Assembly (NCBI GenBank): GCA_951406725.2
Contig: OX597828.1
Coordinates: 29,016,001-29,080,000 of the forward strand
Reading direction: 5' to 3'
Length of the DNA stretch: 64,000 nucleotides
DNA from: Octopus vulgaris
Lineage: Eukaryota
Shown here in pieces: positions 50,222 to 64,000 of the stretch. Position numbers and translations under genes: made by a program. Position 1 is the stretch's first letter. Every line of letters starts with the position of its first letter. The notes beneath the pieces are model-generated. The model searched no databases. It was not told where the DNA came from and was given only the letters and a program-made list of their open reading frames with translations.

Positions 50222-50746
50222 TACACACATTCACACACACACACATGCGCACGCACGAATGCACGCACACAAATGTATATGTGTGTATGTGCATACGCAC
50301 GTTTGTATCTGTGTATGTGTTTGCGTTTGCCCTCCAACAATGCTAAACAGCCGGTGTTAGTTTCTTTACATCCCTATGATTTAACTATTCGGCAAAAGCA
50401 AAACTGATAGAACAAGTACTTGACTTTAAAGAACAGAAACATACTGTGAACGATTTGCTCGACTAAACCCTTCATAGCGGTGCCCCAGCTTGGTCGTAGT
50501 CTAATGACCGAAACAAATAAAGGATATAAAAATAGAAAGATGTATATAAAAATCCTTTCTATAATAGGCACAAGGCCTGAAATTTTAGGGGTTGGGGTTA
50601 GTCGATTATATCGGCCCCAGACCTCAACTGGTACTTTTTTAATGACCCCAGATAGATGACAGGAAAAGTCGACCTTTGCCGTACTCAGAACATAGACCCG
50701 GAAGAAATACCGCTAAGCAATTCGTCTGGACCGGCAACTTTGCTGC

Positions 50747-50792
<46 letters not shown>

Positions 50793-50798
50793 CCACTA

Positions 50799-50980
50799 CA
50801 AACATTTTTTTCTTTTTTTCTCTCCTTGTTTCTCTCCTTGTTTTTTCTGTGTCCCTTTCTGTAGAAGAGCGTATGCTCGAAACGTAAAAGACTTTTTTCT
50901 ATTCCTGAGCGTTATACTAATGCACCTGTTTGTGTTTTGTACACCACCTGTCTTCGTCTTTTGTTTTTTTCGTAAACTCT

Positions 50981-50983
<3 letters not shown>
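50799..50983 (+). mobile_element. Short (TA)n-embedded element with a hammerhead-like motif (50855-50890); Penelope-derived by inference
   Basis: CTTT CTGTAGA A GAGC gtat GCTC GAAA CG TA AAAG; related to 60161-60365. Confidence 0.6.
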
Positions 50984-51034
<51 letters not shown>

Positions 51035-51071
51035 AATGACACTCATAGCTGAAACTAGAATCAATCAATCA

Positions 51072-51141
<70 letters not shown>

Positions 51142-51453
51142 CACTCATTCACAGTTAGTGAGGAAGCGATATCCCCGTAAGGGATTGTTAAAAACAATCC
51201 AGATGCATTACTTTCCCATTGTGATACAAATAAAATGAACCAAGCATCTATTATATTTTTTCTTCTCCATTTTCTTTTATTGACTTTTTAGAGTAGAAAA
51301 AAAAGCCACCAACTGATGAAGGGTTGTTCTTTATGTTGTTTGTTTTGTTTTCCATTCGTGTCTTTCGTTGTTTGAAAGAATAGTTCATATTCCATGTGCT
51401 CGTGCCTCGTGCGTCTTTTTGTTGTACACGTTTCGTGACGTCCTGTGCCCACA

Positions 51454-51553
<100 letters not shown>

Positions 51554-51562
51554 TACATATAT

Positions 51563-51667
<105 letters not shown>

Positions 51668-51830
51668 CATATACATATATACGTATTGTTGTATGTACAT
51701 ATACGTATGTATATATGCATATATATATATATTAAAGGCGGTGCTCCTGCATGGCCACAGTCAAATGACTGAAACAAATAAAAGAGTATATATATCATAT
51801 ATATCATATATATATAAATATATATATATA

Positions 51831-52038
51831 TAGTAATCCCTCGCCATATCGCGGTTTATTATTTAAGCTTACGTCTATTCCTCCTTGGTTTTGTTGTGTA
51901 TTTATAATAAAATAAACATATACAAATTATAAAAATAATTAAAAAAATATACAGTACAGTACTGTTTCTACTTCGTGGATTTTCACCTATCGCGGTGGGT
52001 TTTGGAATGTAACACCCGCGATAATCGAGGGATTAGTG
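51831..52038. mobile_element. Tigger/pogo-like MITE, internally deleted relative of 874-1345
   Basis: (c)AGTAATCCCTCG..CGAGGGATTAGTG, TA-flanked. Confidence 0.7.
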
Positions 52039-52171
52039 TACTTATTTAATAAATACTCAAGAAGCCTCATTAGGCGTAGAGTTACGTGTTCAAGCAATTG
52101 TCAAATTGGATAAGAAAATGACACCAGTTTAACAAATATATATGTATACATATGAGTGCCCGTGCGTGTGT

Positions 52172-52223
<52 letters not shown>

Positions 52224-52959
52224 TGGTGTGTGTGAATAATTCTAGATAGGGACAAATGAGATATGGGAGCCTCAGGAAATGAGGTGCCTAAGAAAATATG
52301 CAGCCTTATTTTTAGCATGAAAAAAATATTGGCATCGCTATATTATAGATGTCTGTGAGTCTCGGTGGAATCGTTTCTGCAGGCCTATCAAATGGTTATT
52401 CTATGTGAAAGCGTGTTTTGTATGTGTGTGTGTGTGTGTGAGTGTGTGTGTGTGAGTGTGTGTGTGTGTGTTTGTGGTAGGGGTTCTCATTTTTTCTTTC
52501 TTACTTTTTTGGTTTTTTTTGCTTACTTGTTGGTTAGTTTCAGATTAATTTCACTTAATTTAGAAATACTATTTTCTTTCTTTTTTTTTTTTTTTTGCTT
52601 GTTTTGTTTCTTGGTTCTGGTTCTTTGAAAAGATGTTTATTAAGATGTTTAAACCTCGAATATTAAATTCAAGAAAATAATGGTTTCTTGAAATAGTCTT
52701 CAAGCTGAAAATATTTATTTACAGGTGGGAAAGAGTTTACCAAATGAGATGATATGAACGTCCTACCTATTTTGGTTCTTCCAAGGATATTAGTGACGTA
52801 AGTGAAACTAAGTGGTTGAACATGAGGGATTCCTTAGAGGCGGTGAATTGGCAGAACCGTTGGATAGAATTCCTTGTGGTATTCGTTCCGGCTTTCTGCA
52901 TCCCTCTGAGTTCGATTCTTGCCGAAGTCGACTTCATGCTTTTGCAGGATCAATGAATA

Positions 52960-53425
52960 AAGTTAGTTAATTCTTTCCGCGCCATGAGGCTGCAACAAGA
53001 TCTCTCCAACCAGCTCGGTTTTCTGCCACTGTTCTGGTCTCATTCCAGCTTTTCCGCCCTTCACGTCTCCTTTTCTTGTCAATAGTCCATCACCATGTGG
53101 CCTTAGGGCGCCTTGCTGTTCTTTTCTCCTCACGTTTCCACTTTAGCGCCACCGTACAACCGCTTTTACGATCTTGTTTGAGGACATGTCTGATCCAGTT
53201 CCAGCATCTGTATCTTATTTCGTCCCTGACCCCGTTTATGCTCGTCGTCGTCCCGTTTGGCTCATTTCGTTCTCTTAGCAACCACTTGATGTCGAGTATT
53301 CTCCTTAAGCATAGGAATCGGAAGCTGTCCATTGTTTTTTCTTCTATTTTTATTACTTTCCAGTTTTCACATCCGTAGAGTAATACATATCCAGTTTTCA
53401 CATCCGTAGAGTAATACAACTTCAT
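52960..53425 (-). mobile_element. RTE (BovB-like) LINE 3' fragment
   Basis: VLLYGCENW..FLCLRRILDIKW..RCWNWIRHVLK..ALKW..RRPKATW; internal ~31-bp duplication at 53360-53418. Confidence 0.85.
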
Positions 53426-53635
53426 AATGGAGGGGCGATCCTTTTCTCTTCCTTTTGTAACGGTTATTCAAAGATTCAGCTGTGCTACTTAGCATCGAGT
53501 TGAATCAGGTTGATGAATATGTTAAAAATATAAGTATCTGTGGAATACTCAACCACTTACACGTCAAATTTATGAATAGGGAATCAGTTGGTCGAATAAT
53601 TGAGCGCTCAATTTATTTTAATTAATCAGAGGAAG

Positions 53636-53983
53636 GGCAACACGGAGGCCCTTAAAAAGCATCACCAAAACTTTTAAAGCTCAATATCATAAGCCTTAAA
53701 GAGTAGCACCAAAATATTTAAATAGTAACACTAAGATCTTTAAAGACCATTTCTGAGATCCTTAGATAGCAACACCAAGACCCTTAAATTGCAGAACCAA
53801 GGTTCTTAAAGAGGTGCACCAAAACCATAAAAGAGCAGCAATGACATTATTGAAACAGAGCGCGCTTAAGAGGCAGCACTAAGACCCTTTTAAGAACAGC
53901 AACAAGACCCTTTGAAAGTAGCACCAAGGCCCTTTAAGAACAGCACCATGATGCTGAAATAACAACACCAAGATTCTTGAAGG
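53636..53983. repeat. Degenerate ~22-bp minisatellite (consensus ~GCAGCACCAAGACCCTTAAAGA), about 15 units
   Basis: Periodic CACCAAGA..CTTAAA motif. Confidence 0.8.
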
Positions 53984-54016
53984 TTCTCCAAGAGTGTTAA
54001 GTTTGGTGTGATTGAT

Positions 54017-54382
54017 TACTCTTTTACTCTTTTACTCTTTTACTTGTTTCAGTCATTTGACTGCGGCCATGCTGGAGCACCGCCTTTGATCGAGCAAGTA
54101 ACGCTAAGTAACGGGGATGTAAACACACTAGCATCGGTTATCAAGCAATGCTAGGGGGACAAACACAGACACACAAACATACACGCGCACACACATATAT
54201 ATATATATATACATATATACGATGGGCTTCTTTCAGTTTCCGTCTACCAAATCCACTCACAAGGCATTGGTCGGCCCGGGGCTATAGCAGAAGACACTTG
54301 CCCAAGGTGCCACACAGTGGGACTGAACCCAGAACCATGTGGCTGGTTAGCAAGCTACTTACCACACAGCCACTCCTGCGCC
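54017..54382 (-). mobile_element. SINE family B (internal deletion)
   Basis: Matches 24331-24743 with ~55 bp missing. Confidence 0.85.
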
Positions 54383-54861
54383 TGATTGTTTGAATTTCTG
54401 TATATTAATGTTTGCAAGAGAGAAAAAAAAATGCATGTAATGTGGTGGTGAGGATTCTAGACGGGGTTCGGTCTGAGAAGGCATGATTCTGTAAAATCAT
54501 TCCTGCAGGATCTAGGGAAGATAGATACTAGAGGAATGATAAGAGAGATAGAAGTGAAAAATCAACTCCAGTGCGAATCCAATTCAGGAAGTAGATTAAT
54601 GAGATTAAAATCGGCCAATGATCACTGCCTTCCATCCATTTAATAAGGATACTGATCTCTATAGATACATGGAAAAATCGGTAGATCGTCAGAAAAAAAA
54701 ATACTATTTCGTATTTGGGTATATCGAAGTTATGAATGAAGATGCCATTCGGGTCCAGTTTGCCTCTAATCGTTTCGCGGTCAAAAATATGAGTAGGGTG
54801 GTTGTTACGAACAGGACCTCTGTATCTCATTCTTACTTTTGACCACTAACCTGTCTATCTA

Positions 54862-55000
<139 letters not shown>

Positions 55001-55095
55001 ACTTAATTGTCCGTTAGTTTATTAGTATATAAGAAATTACTGTCTCTAGCTAGCAAAAATTCATGCTACTATGTTTGTCTCAATACGTACACATG

Positions 55096-55126
<31 letters not shown>

Positions 55127-55339
55127 CCACACACACACAAACTCATGCATATTACACATACATGTATTCATACACACATTCATATACACGTACATGCATA
55201 AACATTTCCTATATGTTTGTCCTTCCATCAATAAACACACACATTTACACGCTGGTTATCGTCGAGAAGAAATAACACAAAAGTAAACAACGATTCATAA
55301 AAGAAATCTAATCACCTTCCATCACACAAACACATATGA

Positions 55340-55387
<48 letters not shown>

Positions 55388-55584
55388 GCACATATACTTC
55401 ACTACATAAAATCATGTTGTAGCAGTAGAGCGACAGATGGAGAATAATGTTTATTTATGTTCAGAACTAACAAAATGTTTCGCAGCTTATTTTATATTTC
55501 CGTCTATGAAAGTTAAACTTGGCTAAATTCCATTCCGAACGATACCAAACTGAAAGATATTTTTGAAGCTCTATATTTGTGATG

Positions 55585-55671
<87 letters not shown>

Positions 55672-55723
55672 TATATACGGTATATATACACACATATATA
55701 TATATGCGGTATATATATATATG

Positions 55724-55776
<53 letters not shown>

Positions 55777-55950
55777 TATATATATATGCACATACATATA
55801 TACACATATACATGCATATATATATATATATATACATATCTATATATATATGATATATATATATGCATATATATATACATATACATATAAACACACACAC
55901 ACATATATATATATATAGATAGACAGACAGACAGACAGAGACAGACAGAC

Positions 55951-56026
<76 letters not shown>

Positions 56027-56031
56027 GGATG

Positions 56032-56115
<84 letters not shown>

Positions 56116-56258
56116 TGGTAATGCTGGTCCACCTTCAGATTTCATACTTTGTTATCCAGTAGAAGTATTATACGAACTTCCAGGTTGGCGTTTGGGCATC
56201 AGCCGTGTGTGAATAGATGATTGAAAAAATCTGGAGTCAACAAGAACGAGTACTGTAG

Positions 56259-56483
56259 GACATTTATTTTTTAATCACTACAATTGTTTCCATGCAAAGT
56301 AGTTCTCCAGGTTGCAGGTACTTGAAGCAGAGAACGTGAGCTTACGGAGCCAATATTTATATATCGCCTGAGGAAACACGACTAGATCTCATAATGCAGA
56401 GAAATAGTTGCATAATCAAGTAACTGCATGCCTGGAGAACTACGTTGCGTGGAAACAATTGAAGTGATTAAAAAATAAATATC
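56259..56483. mobile_element. Palindromic element (~65-bp arms) with a hammerhead relic in each arm
   Basis: ATTTATTTTTTAATCACTACAATTGTTTCCATGC..CTCCAGG / CCTGGAGAACTAC..GGAAACAATTGAAGTGATTAAAAAATAAAT. Confidence 0.7.
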
Positions 56484-56541
56484 CAACCGTATTCCTTCTT
56501 CCCATGTGTGTTTGTGTTTGTGTGTGTGTGTGTGTGTGTGC

Positions 56542-56605
<64 letters not shown>

Positions 56606-56941
56606 GTGTGCGTGTGTCTTTCTGTCTCTGATTTCCTCCCCATCACCGCTTGATAACCGGTATTGCTGTGTTTACGTCCCCGTAACTCAGCGGTTCGACA
56701 AGAGGCCGATAGAATAATACTAGGCTTAAAAAAAGTCCAAGTCGATTTGTTCTACTAAAAACCCTTCAAGGCTGTGCTCCAGCATGGCCGCAGTCAAATG
56801 ACAGAAACAAGTAAAAGAGTGAAAGAATATAACGATCTTTTAAGAAGATCGCATATCGTGTACGTATTGTTTATCCATTTCTGAACAAAATCATTGGTAC
56901 AGTTCTATATTTAAGAGATGAGGCATTATGTACATTATTTA

Positions 56942-57160
56942 CATTATTTACATTTGACGGATATTTGTCCTCATCTTATTTCTTGTTAACACAGCGTTTC
57001 GGCTAATATACCCTCCAGCCTTCATCAGGTGTCTCTGGGAAATTTGGAACCTGGGTTCTCATTCCTAAGATAATAATTTTTAGATGTTACTAATAATATT
57101 ATTATTATTCCAGGCAGTACCTGAATAATAATAATAATATTAATAATAATAATAATAATG

Positions 57161-57202
<42 letters not shown>

Positions 57203-57313
57203 TCGAAAAACACCTTAGGAATGAGAACCCAGGTGAAGGCTGGAGGGTATATCAGCCGAAACGTTGTGTTAACAAACAAGATGATGGCAAATATCCGTCA
57301 AATGTAAATAATG
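56942..57313. mobile_element. Palindromic element with a hammerhead motif in its arms and an (AAT)n centre
   Basis: Arms CATTATTTACATTTGACGGATATTTG.. and ..CAAATATCCGTCAAATGTAAATAATG; minus strand 57032-56989 reads ACAC CTGATGA A GGCTG..TAGCC GAAA CG CT GTGT. Confidence 0.75.
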
Positions 57314-58591
57314 AATATTATTGAAGTGAATTAGGTCCAGCTGAGAATTAAAATCAAGGTTCCCGGATTTGGCCCTTTGGGAGCTGATGTCTTTTTCTAA
57401 TGTCTACATAAATAATGTTATAGATGTAGCTAAATGTAGAAGAGAAATGACCGAGTTGTTCTGGATGTTGTTTAACCCCGAGTCCTGGATTGCGAGACTT
57501 ATGATCAAAGGTGGTGTTCTGACCGTGATCGTGCGTCTTTTCTTCAAATACACAACACCCAGAATACCAAAAATCTAAAGTGTCCTTCTTTTCGCAGACG
57601 ATGTGATGTTTGAAAAGAGACGTGGCTTACTGCTGTTTCAAACAGAGTAAACGGCCACGTAGAAGCTCCACCGTAAGTTTGTGAAATGGCTAAATGAATA
57701 CGGTTGAGGCTGGATTACTGACTCGTAAAACCACAATAAGCGTTTCATTGAGTGTGTTTCTTGTACATTTAATTAAACTCGCCTCAGATCATGTCACATT
57801 CGCAGATAACCAGCGACTGTTATGGTACTGCGACTAACTGACGCCATAAAACCAGTACTCCATACAAAACGTCCTTGGAACGAAGGCGAGATTTAAAATT
57901 TATTTTATTTTACAAACTGATGGCATAGTATCTTATGGCTAAAACAGTACAAATGTGTACTACAACTACGTATTTATCAACTAATTTCAGAACCCTTTTC
58001 TTTATCATGTACCCAATGGTCTTCGATAATTCGTTCTAATAATGATTAACCGTTGCCACATCTGCCAAAGTGAAGCCTTCATAAATACAGAGCTGATAAC
58101 ATTGCTATCGGATTGCAATGTCGTGATAAAAAGGTTACCCAACACTGATCTAAAGAAACAGGGCCTCAACTATGATTGCTATCAATAGTGTGTTTGTATA
58201 CATTTTAATATTGGTTTCAAAAGTTTCACACAAGGCCAGAAGTTTCGGGGAGAGAAGGGGCGAAACAATTATATCGACACCAGTGCATAACTAGTATTTA
58301 TCTTATCGACTCCGAAAAGGTGAAAGGCAAAGTCGGCCTTGGCAGAATTTGAACTCAGAACGTAAAGGCGGACGTAATGCCGCTTAGCAATTCGCCAGCC
58401 GCGCTAACGATTCTGCCAGCTCGCTGCTTTTTAATATTGGCAGAAGGCCAATAAATTCGGGGAGGGGGGTCAATCAGTTACATCGATCCCAGTACTCAAA
58501 TGGTGCTTAATATATCGACCTGGAAAAAATGAATAGGCAAAGTCGACCTCGACGGCATTAACGAAATGCCGCTAAGCAATTTGTCTGGCGT

Positions 58592-58623
<32 letters not shown>

Positions 58624-58701
58624 AGAAGAAGAAGAAGAAGAAGAAGAAGAAGAAGAAGAAGAAGAAGAAGAAGAAGAAGAAGAAGAAGAAGAAGAAGAAG
58701 A
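58592..58701. repeat. (GAA)n microsatellite
   Basis: Direct reading; source of poly-K/F/S/L ORFs. Confidence 0.95.
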
Positions 58702-59531
58702 AAGTAAAAGCGAAATTGAGAAGAGAAAAAAAAAATGAAAAGCGATGAAAGGCAAGCAAGAAAAAAGAAAGACGGGCAGACAGGCAGACACACAGACAGA
58801 TCGAGAAGCAAATACAACAATCATAACAAAAAAGACGACAAAGAAATTAAACGAGTTTTCACATCTTGGCTACTGTTTAGATTTTGGTTTTGTTTTATTT
58901 TGTTTTTTGTTGTTTCTGTTTTCATTTTTTTTTTTTTTTTATATTCTTGCAACGATAATGTTTTGGCATGAACATAGATAAGATTTCTATTACGTCAATG
59001 GACCAGGAGCCAGACCAATTTTCCTTTCTTCTTTCTCTCTCTCTCTCTTTTTTTTTTAAAAAATTTTTTCGCCAATTTCTTGTCAGATTTTGGTATTCAA
59101 CAGGTCAACGTAACGGAACCCTCATTTTAAAAGCTGTAAAAGTTCGGATACATTCGTGGATGTGTAATAGTCCACGCATGCGCACGCGCCTGTATGTGTG
59201 TGTTCGTGGATGTAGATACATATATTGGCGGAACATAATGAATCCATAAATATATATATATATATATATGTTCAGCTGTCCATTGCATTACAGAAATTCT
59301 GGTCTCTACATACTGAAACTGCAAATGCAGAACAACTAATTTCAGAATACGGCTTCTAACTTGCACTCTGAGGGAACCTCGGATAAATTTAATCACGTTC
59401 ACGAATGCTTATAGCTCTTGCGAATCTCTCAGTAATATCAGAAAATAATCTCACCACTTTAATTTATAATTACACTTACTTTTGTAATACGAACTTTTTG
59501 CACACTCACACACACACACACACACACTACG

Positions 59532-59586
<55 letters not shown>

Positions 59587-59607
59587 GCACGCATGAATAT
59601 ATATATT

Positions 59608-60006
59608 CTTTTTTACTTTAGGCACAATGCCCGAAATTTAGGGGCAGCGGGCCAGTCGATTAGATCGATCCCAGTAAGCAACTGGTACTTAATTTATCGA
59701 CCCCGAAAGGATGAAAGGCAAAGTCGACATCGGCGGAATTTGAACTCAGAACATAAAGACAAACGAAATACCTGTTTCTTTACTATGCACAAGGGGCTAA
59801 ACACAGAGAGGACAAACAAGGACAGACAAACAGATTAAGTTGATTACATCGACCTCAGTGCGTAACAGGTACTTAATTTATCGACCCCCGAAAGGATGAA
59901 AGGCAAAATCGACCTCGGCGGAATTTCAACTCAGAACGTAACGGCAGACGAAAATCGGCTATGCATTTCACCCGGTGTGCTAACGGTTCTCCCAGCTCGC
60001 CGCCTT
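59608..60006 (-). mobile_element. SINE family A dimer
   Basis: Junction gaaacag|gtatttcg at ~59771. Confidence 0.85.
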
Positions 60007-60036
60007 ACGTTACATATATATTATGTCATATATTAT

Positions 60037-60119
<83 letters not shown>

Positions 60120-60160
60120 GTATATATATATTGAGCATGTGTGTGTATATATATATATAT

Positions 60161-60360
60161 GTGACCTCGTGTGTATCCTTGGCGATTTTTTTCCCCTCTG
60201 TCTTCCCTTCTCTGGATCTTTCCCTCTCCTATGTCTCCGACGAAGAGCTCCGCTCGAAACGTTAGACCCTCCTTCTTTCCGTCTTTCCTGAGCGTCCAAT
60301 AATACTATATTTGTTCCACGTCCTCGCGTTGTGTTTTTTTGTGCTTTCTTGTTTGGATTA

Positions 60361-60365
<5 letters not shown>
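60161..60365 (+). mobile_element. Short (TA)n-embedded element with a hammerhead-like motif (60233-60267)
   Basis: GTCT CCGACGA A GAGC tcc GCTC GAAA CG TT AGAC; 3' part also at 7025-7095 (+) and 22016-22083 (-). Confidence 0.65.
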
Positions 60366-60424
<59 letters not shown>

Positions 60425-60454
60425 CATACATACATACATATATACATACATACA

Positions 60455-60488
<34 letters not shown>

Positions 60489-61037
60489 CACACACGATAT
60501 ACATATACACATGTATATGTACCTCTATATCCTAACGTAGATTCATATAAACAGCATATAATTCGGTCTTATAAACAGAGCCAACGCCTTAACGCCAAAT
60601 TTCGAGTTAATAACCACCAGTTCCAGGCACGAACGCTGAACTAAACCACCTCTTGACAATATTCCAGGTGTCTGCAGTCATAAAACGAAAATAAGATTTC
60701 CCTGATTTCGTTCTTTGACGGTTTTATCTTCAACAAGTCGCCCAGTTTATCTCAAATTTTAAAACTGTACTTTTTCTAATAAAATTCAACTGTTAGGTTA
60801 TCTTGTGTTTGTTTCTTATCTCCCTCTGGTACTGCCATATCCAGCAAGCCTTTGGATTCGGTCATTGGTGTCGTGTTTGATAACCCGCTAATAACAATCT
60901 TTGCCTTGTGCTAGAATTTCTAGAGCAACAGATTAAAGATGGCGGAGGAAATGGCGAGATTACGATAAGTTCGGATGCACTGTATTACTTATTTAGGCAT
61001 TTGTTCTTTCCTTTTTGCATCATTATTATTATTATTA

Positions 61038-61076
<39 letters not shown>

Positions 61077-62551
61077 GCAGTAGCAGCAGCAGTAGCAGCA
61101 AATACTTTGACTCTTTATACACCGAGTTCAAATCCTGCCATGGTCAACTTTGTCATTTTTCTCTGCACGAGAACTGTTAGCACGCCGGGTGAAATGCGTA
61201 GCAGTATTTCATCTGCCGTTACGTTCTGAGTTCAAATTCCGCCGAGGTCGACTTTGCCTTTCATCCATTCGGGGTCGATTAAATAAGTAAAATGATGTAC
61301 TAACCAGGTACTGGGGTCGATATTACCAACTTGTCCCTCATCCTTCGCCTAAATCTTCCTCCGCCTCCTCCATCGCCGTCGTCGTCATTGTCATCGTCTT
61401 CATCGTCATCATCATCGTTGTCGTGATTGTTAATTGCTTATCGCCCCACATCAGCGAAAATGTCTCTTTTTAAGACTGGCCATGTGATTTGAGGAATATG
61501 TGGCTGCTATATTCGTAGATCGAGAAAAGGTTAGGCCATCACATACCAGCGCTGACATAGTGAGTCTTGCTTGCCATAGCTTTGTGCAACTGATAACATC
61601 CCAAAAGATCAAAATAGTTGACAGTTCAGAAACATCTCGTCTCTTTTTGCTTTTTCTTATGACTTAGTGAAAGCAGTATTATCGATTTATTTGTCCTCCT
61701 AGGTTAGCTGTATTCAACCAGACCGACGAACAAAGACGTTCCAGATGTGATTATCCACTATTTTTGTAAGAAACAGTGTATCTAGAACAACATCATTCAA
61801 TGTATCCATTTCTTTTTAAGATAACAGATTATGATCTGAAGGTGATTTGCTTGCTATTTCTTGCGGATCGAGTCACTGCGTAGAAGTCAAGTAGTTGGCG
61901 CGGTTAGCTCATGCACGAAGACAGTATAATTGAGTGTTTAGGAATAATCCAACAATGCTTTATACACAAGTAAACTACACACACGTAAGCATATGTATAT
62001 ATATACACGCACACATATATATAGGGCAAACTTTCTCTGCACAGGTTTCGTTTACCAAACTGCACCCCGTAAGACACGGGTGGATACTTGGCTATGATAC
62101 GATTGGTAACGAACCTGCGACGACGTTGTTGCCCAGTGAACTCCTTATTCTTACAGTCATGCCTGTATCTGTGGCAAGTATTCACGAACCCTCATAAAGA
62201 ACCCTAAAATCTAGAACAAGGCTCTCGTTCCTACAAACCTGTTGATGTGACATCATAAACAATTCGAGAGCGATGTGGTTAGCGAAAGCTTGTTTGGTAA
62301 GATAATGGAAGTCTCCATGCGTTAATTGCTCGTAAGTAACCGTGCAATAAACCCAAGAAACATGTGTGTGCGTGTAAGTATGCCTGTCTGTCAGCATGTA
62401 CGTATGTATGTAAGTATGTATGTGTGTGCGGGTGTGTGTGTGTTGTTTATTCTGTCGTTTATTATTAGTATATTTGATGGATAATCAGTAAAATTTGAGA
62501 AGGGTGATGGTGGTCTGTTTTAGTAAGATAAGATTTAGAATAGCTCTGTGT

Positions 62552-62587
<36 letters not shown>

Positions 62588-62749
62588 TCGGCATATGTTG
62601 ATGCTCCGTGATAACTCTGATGACTACAATGTTTTACCATGTTTCTCTTTGTAGCACATCACACGATGGACTACTTTACACTTGCATACAAACATATGTG
62701 GACACACACATACACACATATATACCTACATACATACACACACACACAC

Positions 62750-62810
<61 letters not shown>

Positions 62811-63305
62811 GTTATGTATACTAGTGGTGTGTCTTGATTTGTATATAAACCATTTTACTATTCAGTTTAGATAGTAAAATGTTTTATGTACGCTAAAACA
62901 TTTTATCAACGCATGAGGCCTGCCTTGTTGTAAATCGCGTATATTTCCCACCGGGTTTTCCCCACGACACTGGCCTCGCCCATCTTTGCTATTTACTGCT
63001 TCTGTGATATATGCAGCCTTGCTCACATAAACACGTATCCACAACCGCGCGCCTTAATATCAACAGTCACGTTTTACTTATTCGAGTACTTATTCCCATC
63101 GATCTACATGCGTACTTCTACATATACTGATATACACGCGCATAGCCATAGCTTCATAGGCACGGGCATGGCTAGGCGTTTAAGAAGCATGTTTTGCGAC
63201 CACGTTGTTTCGAGTTTAGTGTCTTCTACTGTAGCTTCTGATCGACAAACGCCCTCTGTGTGAATTTGCTGGACTGAAATTGTGTGAAAATCCGTCGTGT
63301 ATAAT

Positions 63306-63367
<62 letters not shown>

Positions 63368-64000
63368 GCAGCATCTGCGACAACAACAACAAATTGTGTG
63401 AACAGCACAAATGAAAAGTGAAAGGAACTAACGTAGTTATATCATGAAATATCTTTCAGTAGACATTTTAAATCACCGTAACTGATACTTCTTTCGATGG
63501 CGATAACTGCAGATCAACTCAGACATTCTAATTAATTTGCTGTAATTCCGGATTAAACTATTAAACTTTCCTAATGAACAGACCAAATATCTACGACAGC
63601 CGTTAATATAGAGTGTAGTAGTTTCAACGATTGACCAATTGATCGTGAAATTGTCTGTCTGTATATGTCTTAATTTCAGATACCAAGTAAACGGGGAGAA
63701 TGGGGGTGTACTCTGTTTTTCAGTATATTTAAATGAATGCATGAGTGAACATACCTACTGTTAAGCTTGTTGGCAGTCAAACATTATAAACTTTATCGAC
63801 CATCATCTGTAAGTCATCTTCGCGCAGAACCATGTGCCTTTGTGACACAGCATGAGAAGGAGACATCATTTAATATTATTGCATTTGTAGCGAGATGATG
63901 GGTTTGGAAAATTTCTATCTGAAATCTCTGTTGTCCATCCACATCATGACAATAACAAGGTTTTGAGCACATCTATGACTGACTATGTTTAATATTTATT

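Noticed and set aside
52725-52797. Plus-strand segment with strong acceptor and donor
   Set aside because: Stop codons in all three frames.
53636-53983. CRISPR-like array
   Set aside because: Contiguous degenerate units without unique spacers, eukaryotic context, no cas genes.

Overview
AT-rich eukaryotic genomic DNA saturated with microsatellites and repeats. The SINE families and the (TA)/(CA)/(TATG)/(GATA)/(TAA) density suggest an octopus (coleoid cephalopod); this is an inference. Almost all ORFs in the supplied track are microsatellite or SINE artefacts. Reading splice sites by hand shows parts of two convergent host genes that the track misses. (1) Plus strand: a phase-0 terminal exon at 7309-7431 (VAGMLVTYFILMVQF...) with the TYhhhhhQF TM7 signature of the gustatory-receptor-like (GR/GRL, 7TM ion channel) superfamily. 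(2) Minus strand: two phase-compatible exons (26056-25908 and 18139-18061) encoding the second half of a PDLIM/Zasp-type PDZ domain plus a short tail, i.e. a PDZ-only protein or isoform. The rest is repeats: dozens of tRNA-derived SINEs (at least 3 families, one forming self-targeted multimers), R4/Dong LINE 3' ends in (TAA)n, L1/Tx1 3' ends in (TAA)n and (GATA)n, RTE and CR1 fragments, two non-autonomous Helitron families, Tigger-like MITEs, a 5S rRNA pseudogene and a tRNA pseudogene. Several palindromic elements carry minimal type-I hammerhead ribozyme motifs of the Penelope-associated kind, and a stand-alone copy at 45074-45135 has an intact core. Repeat boundaries were read by eye and are approximate; only representative SINE copies are listed.
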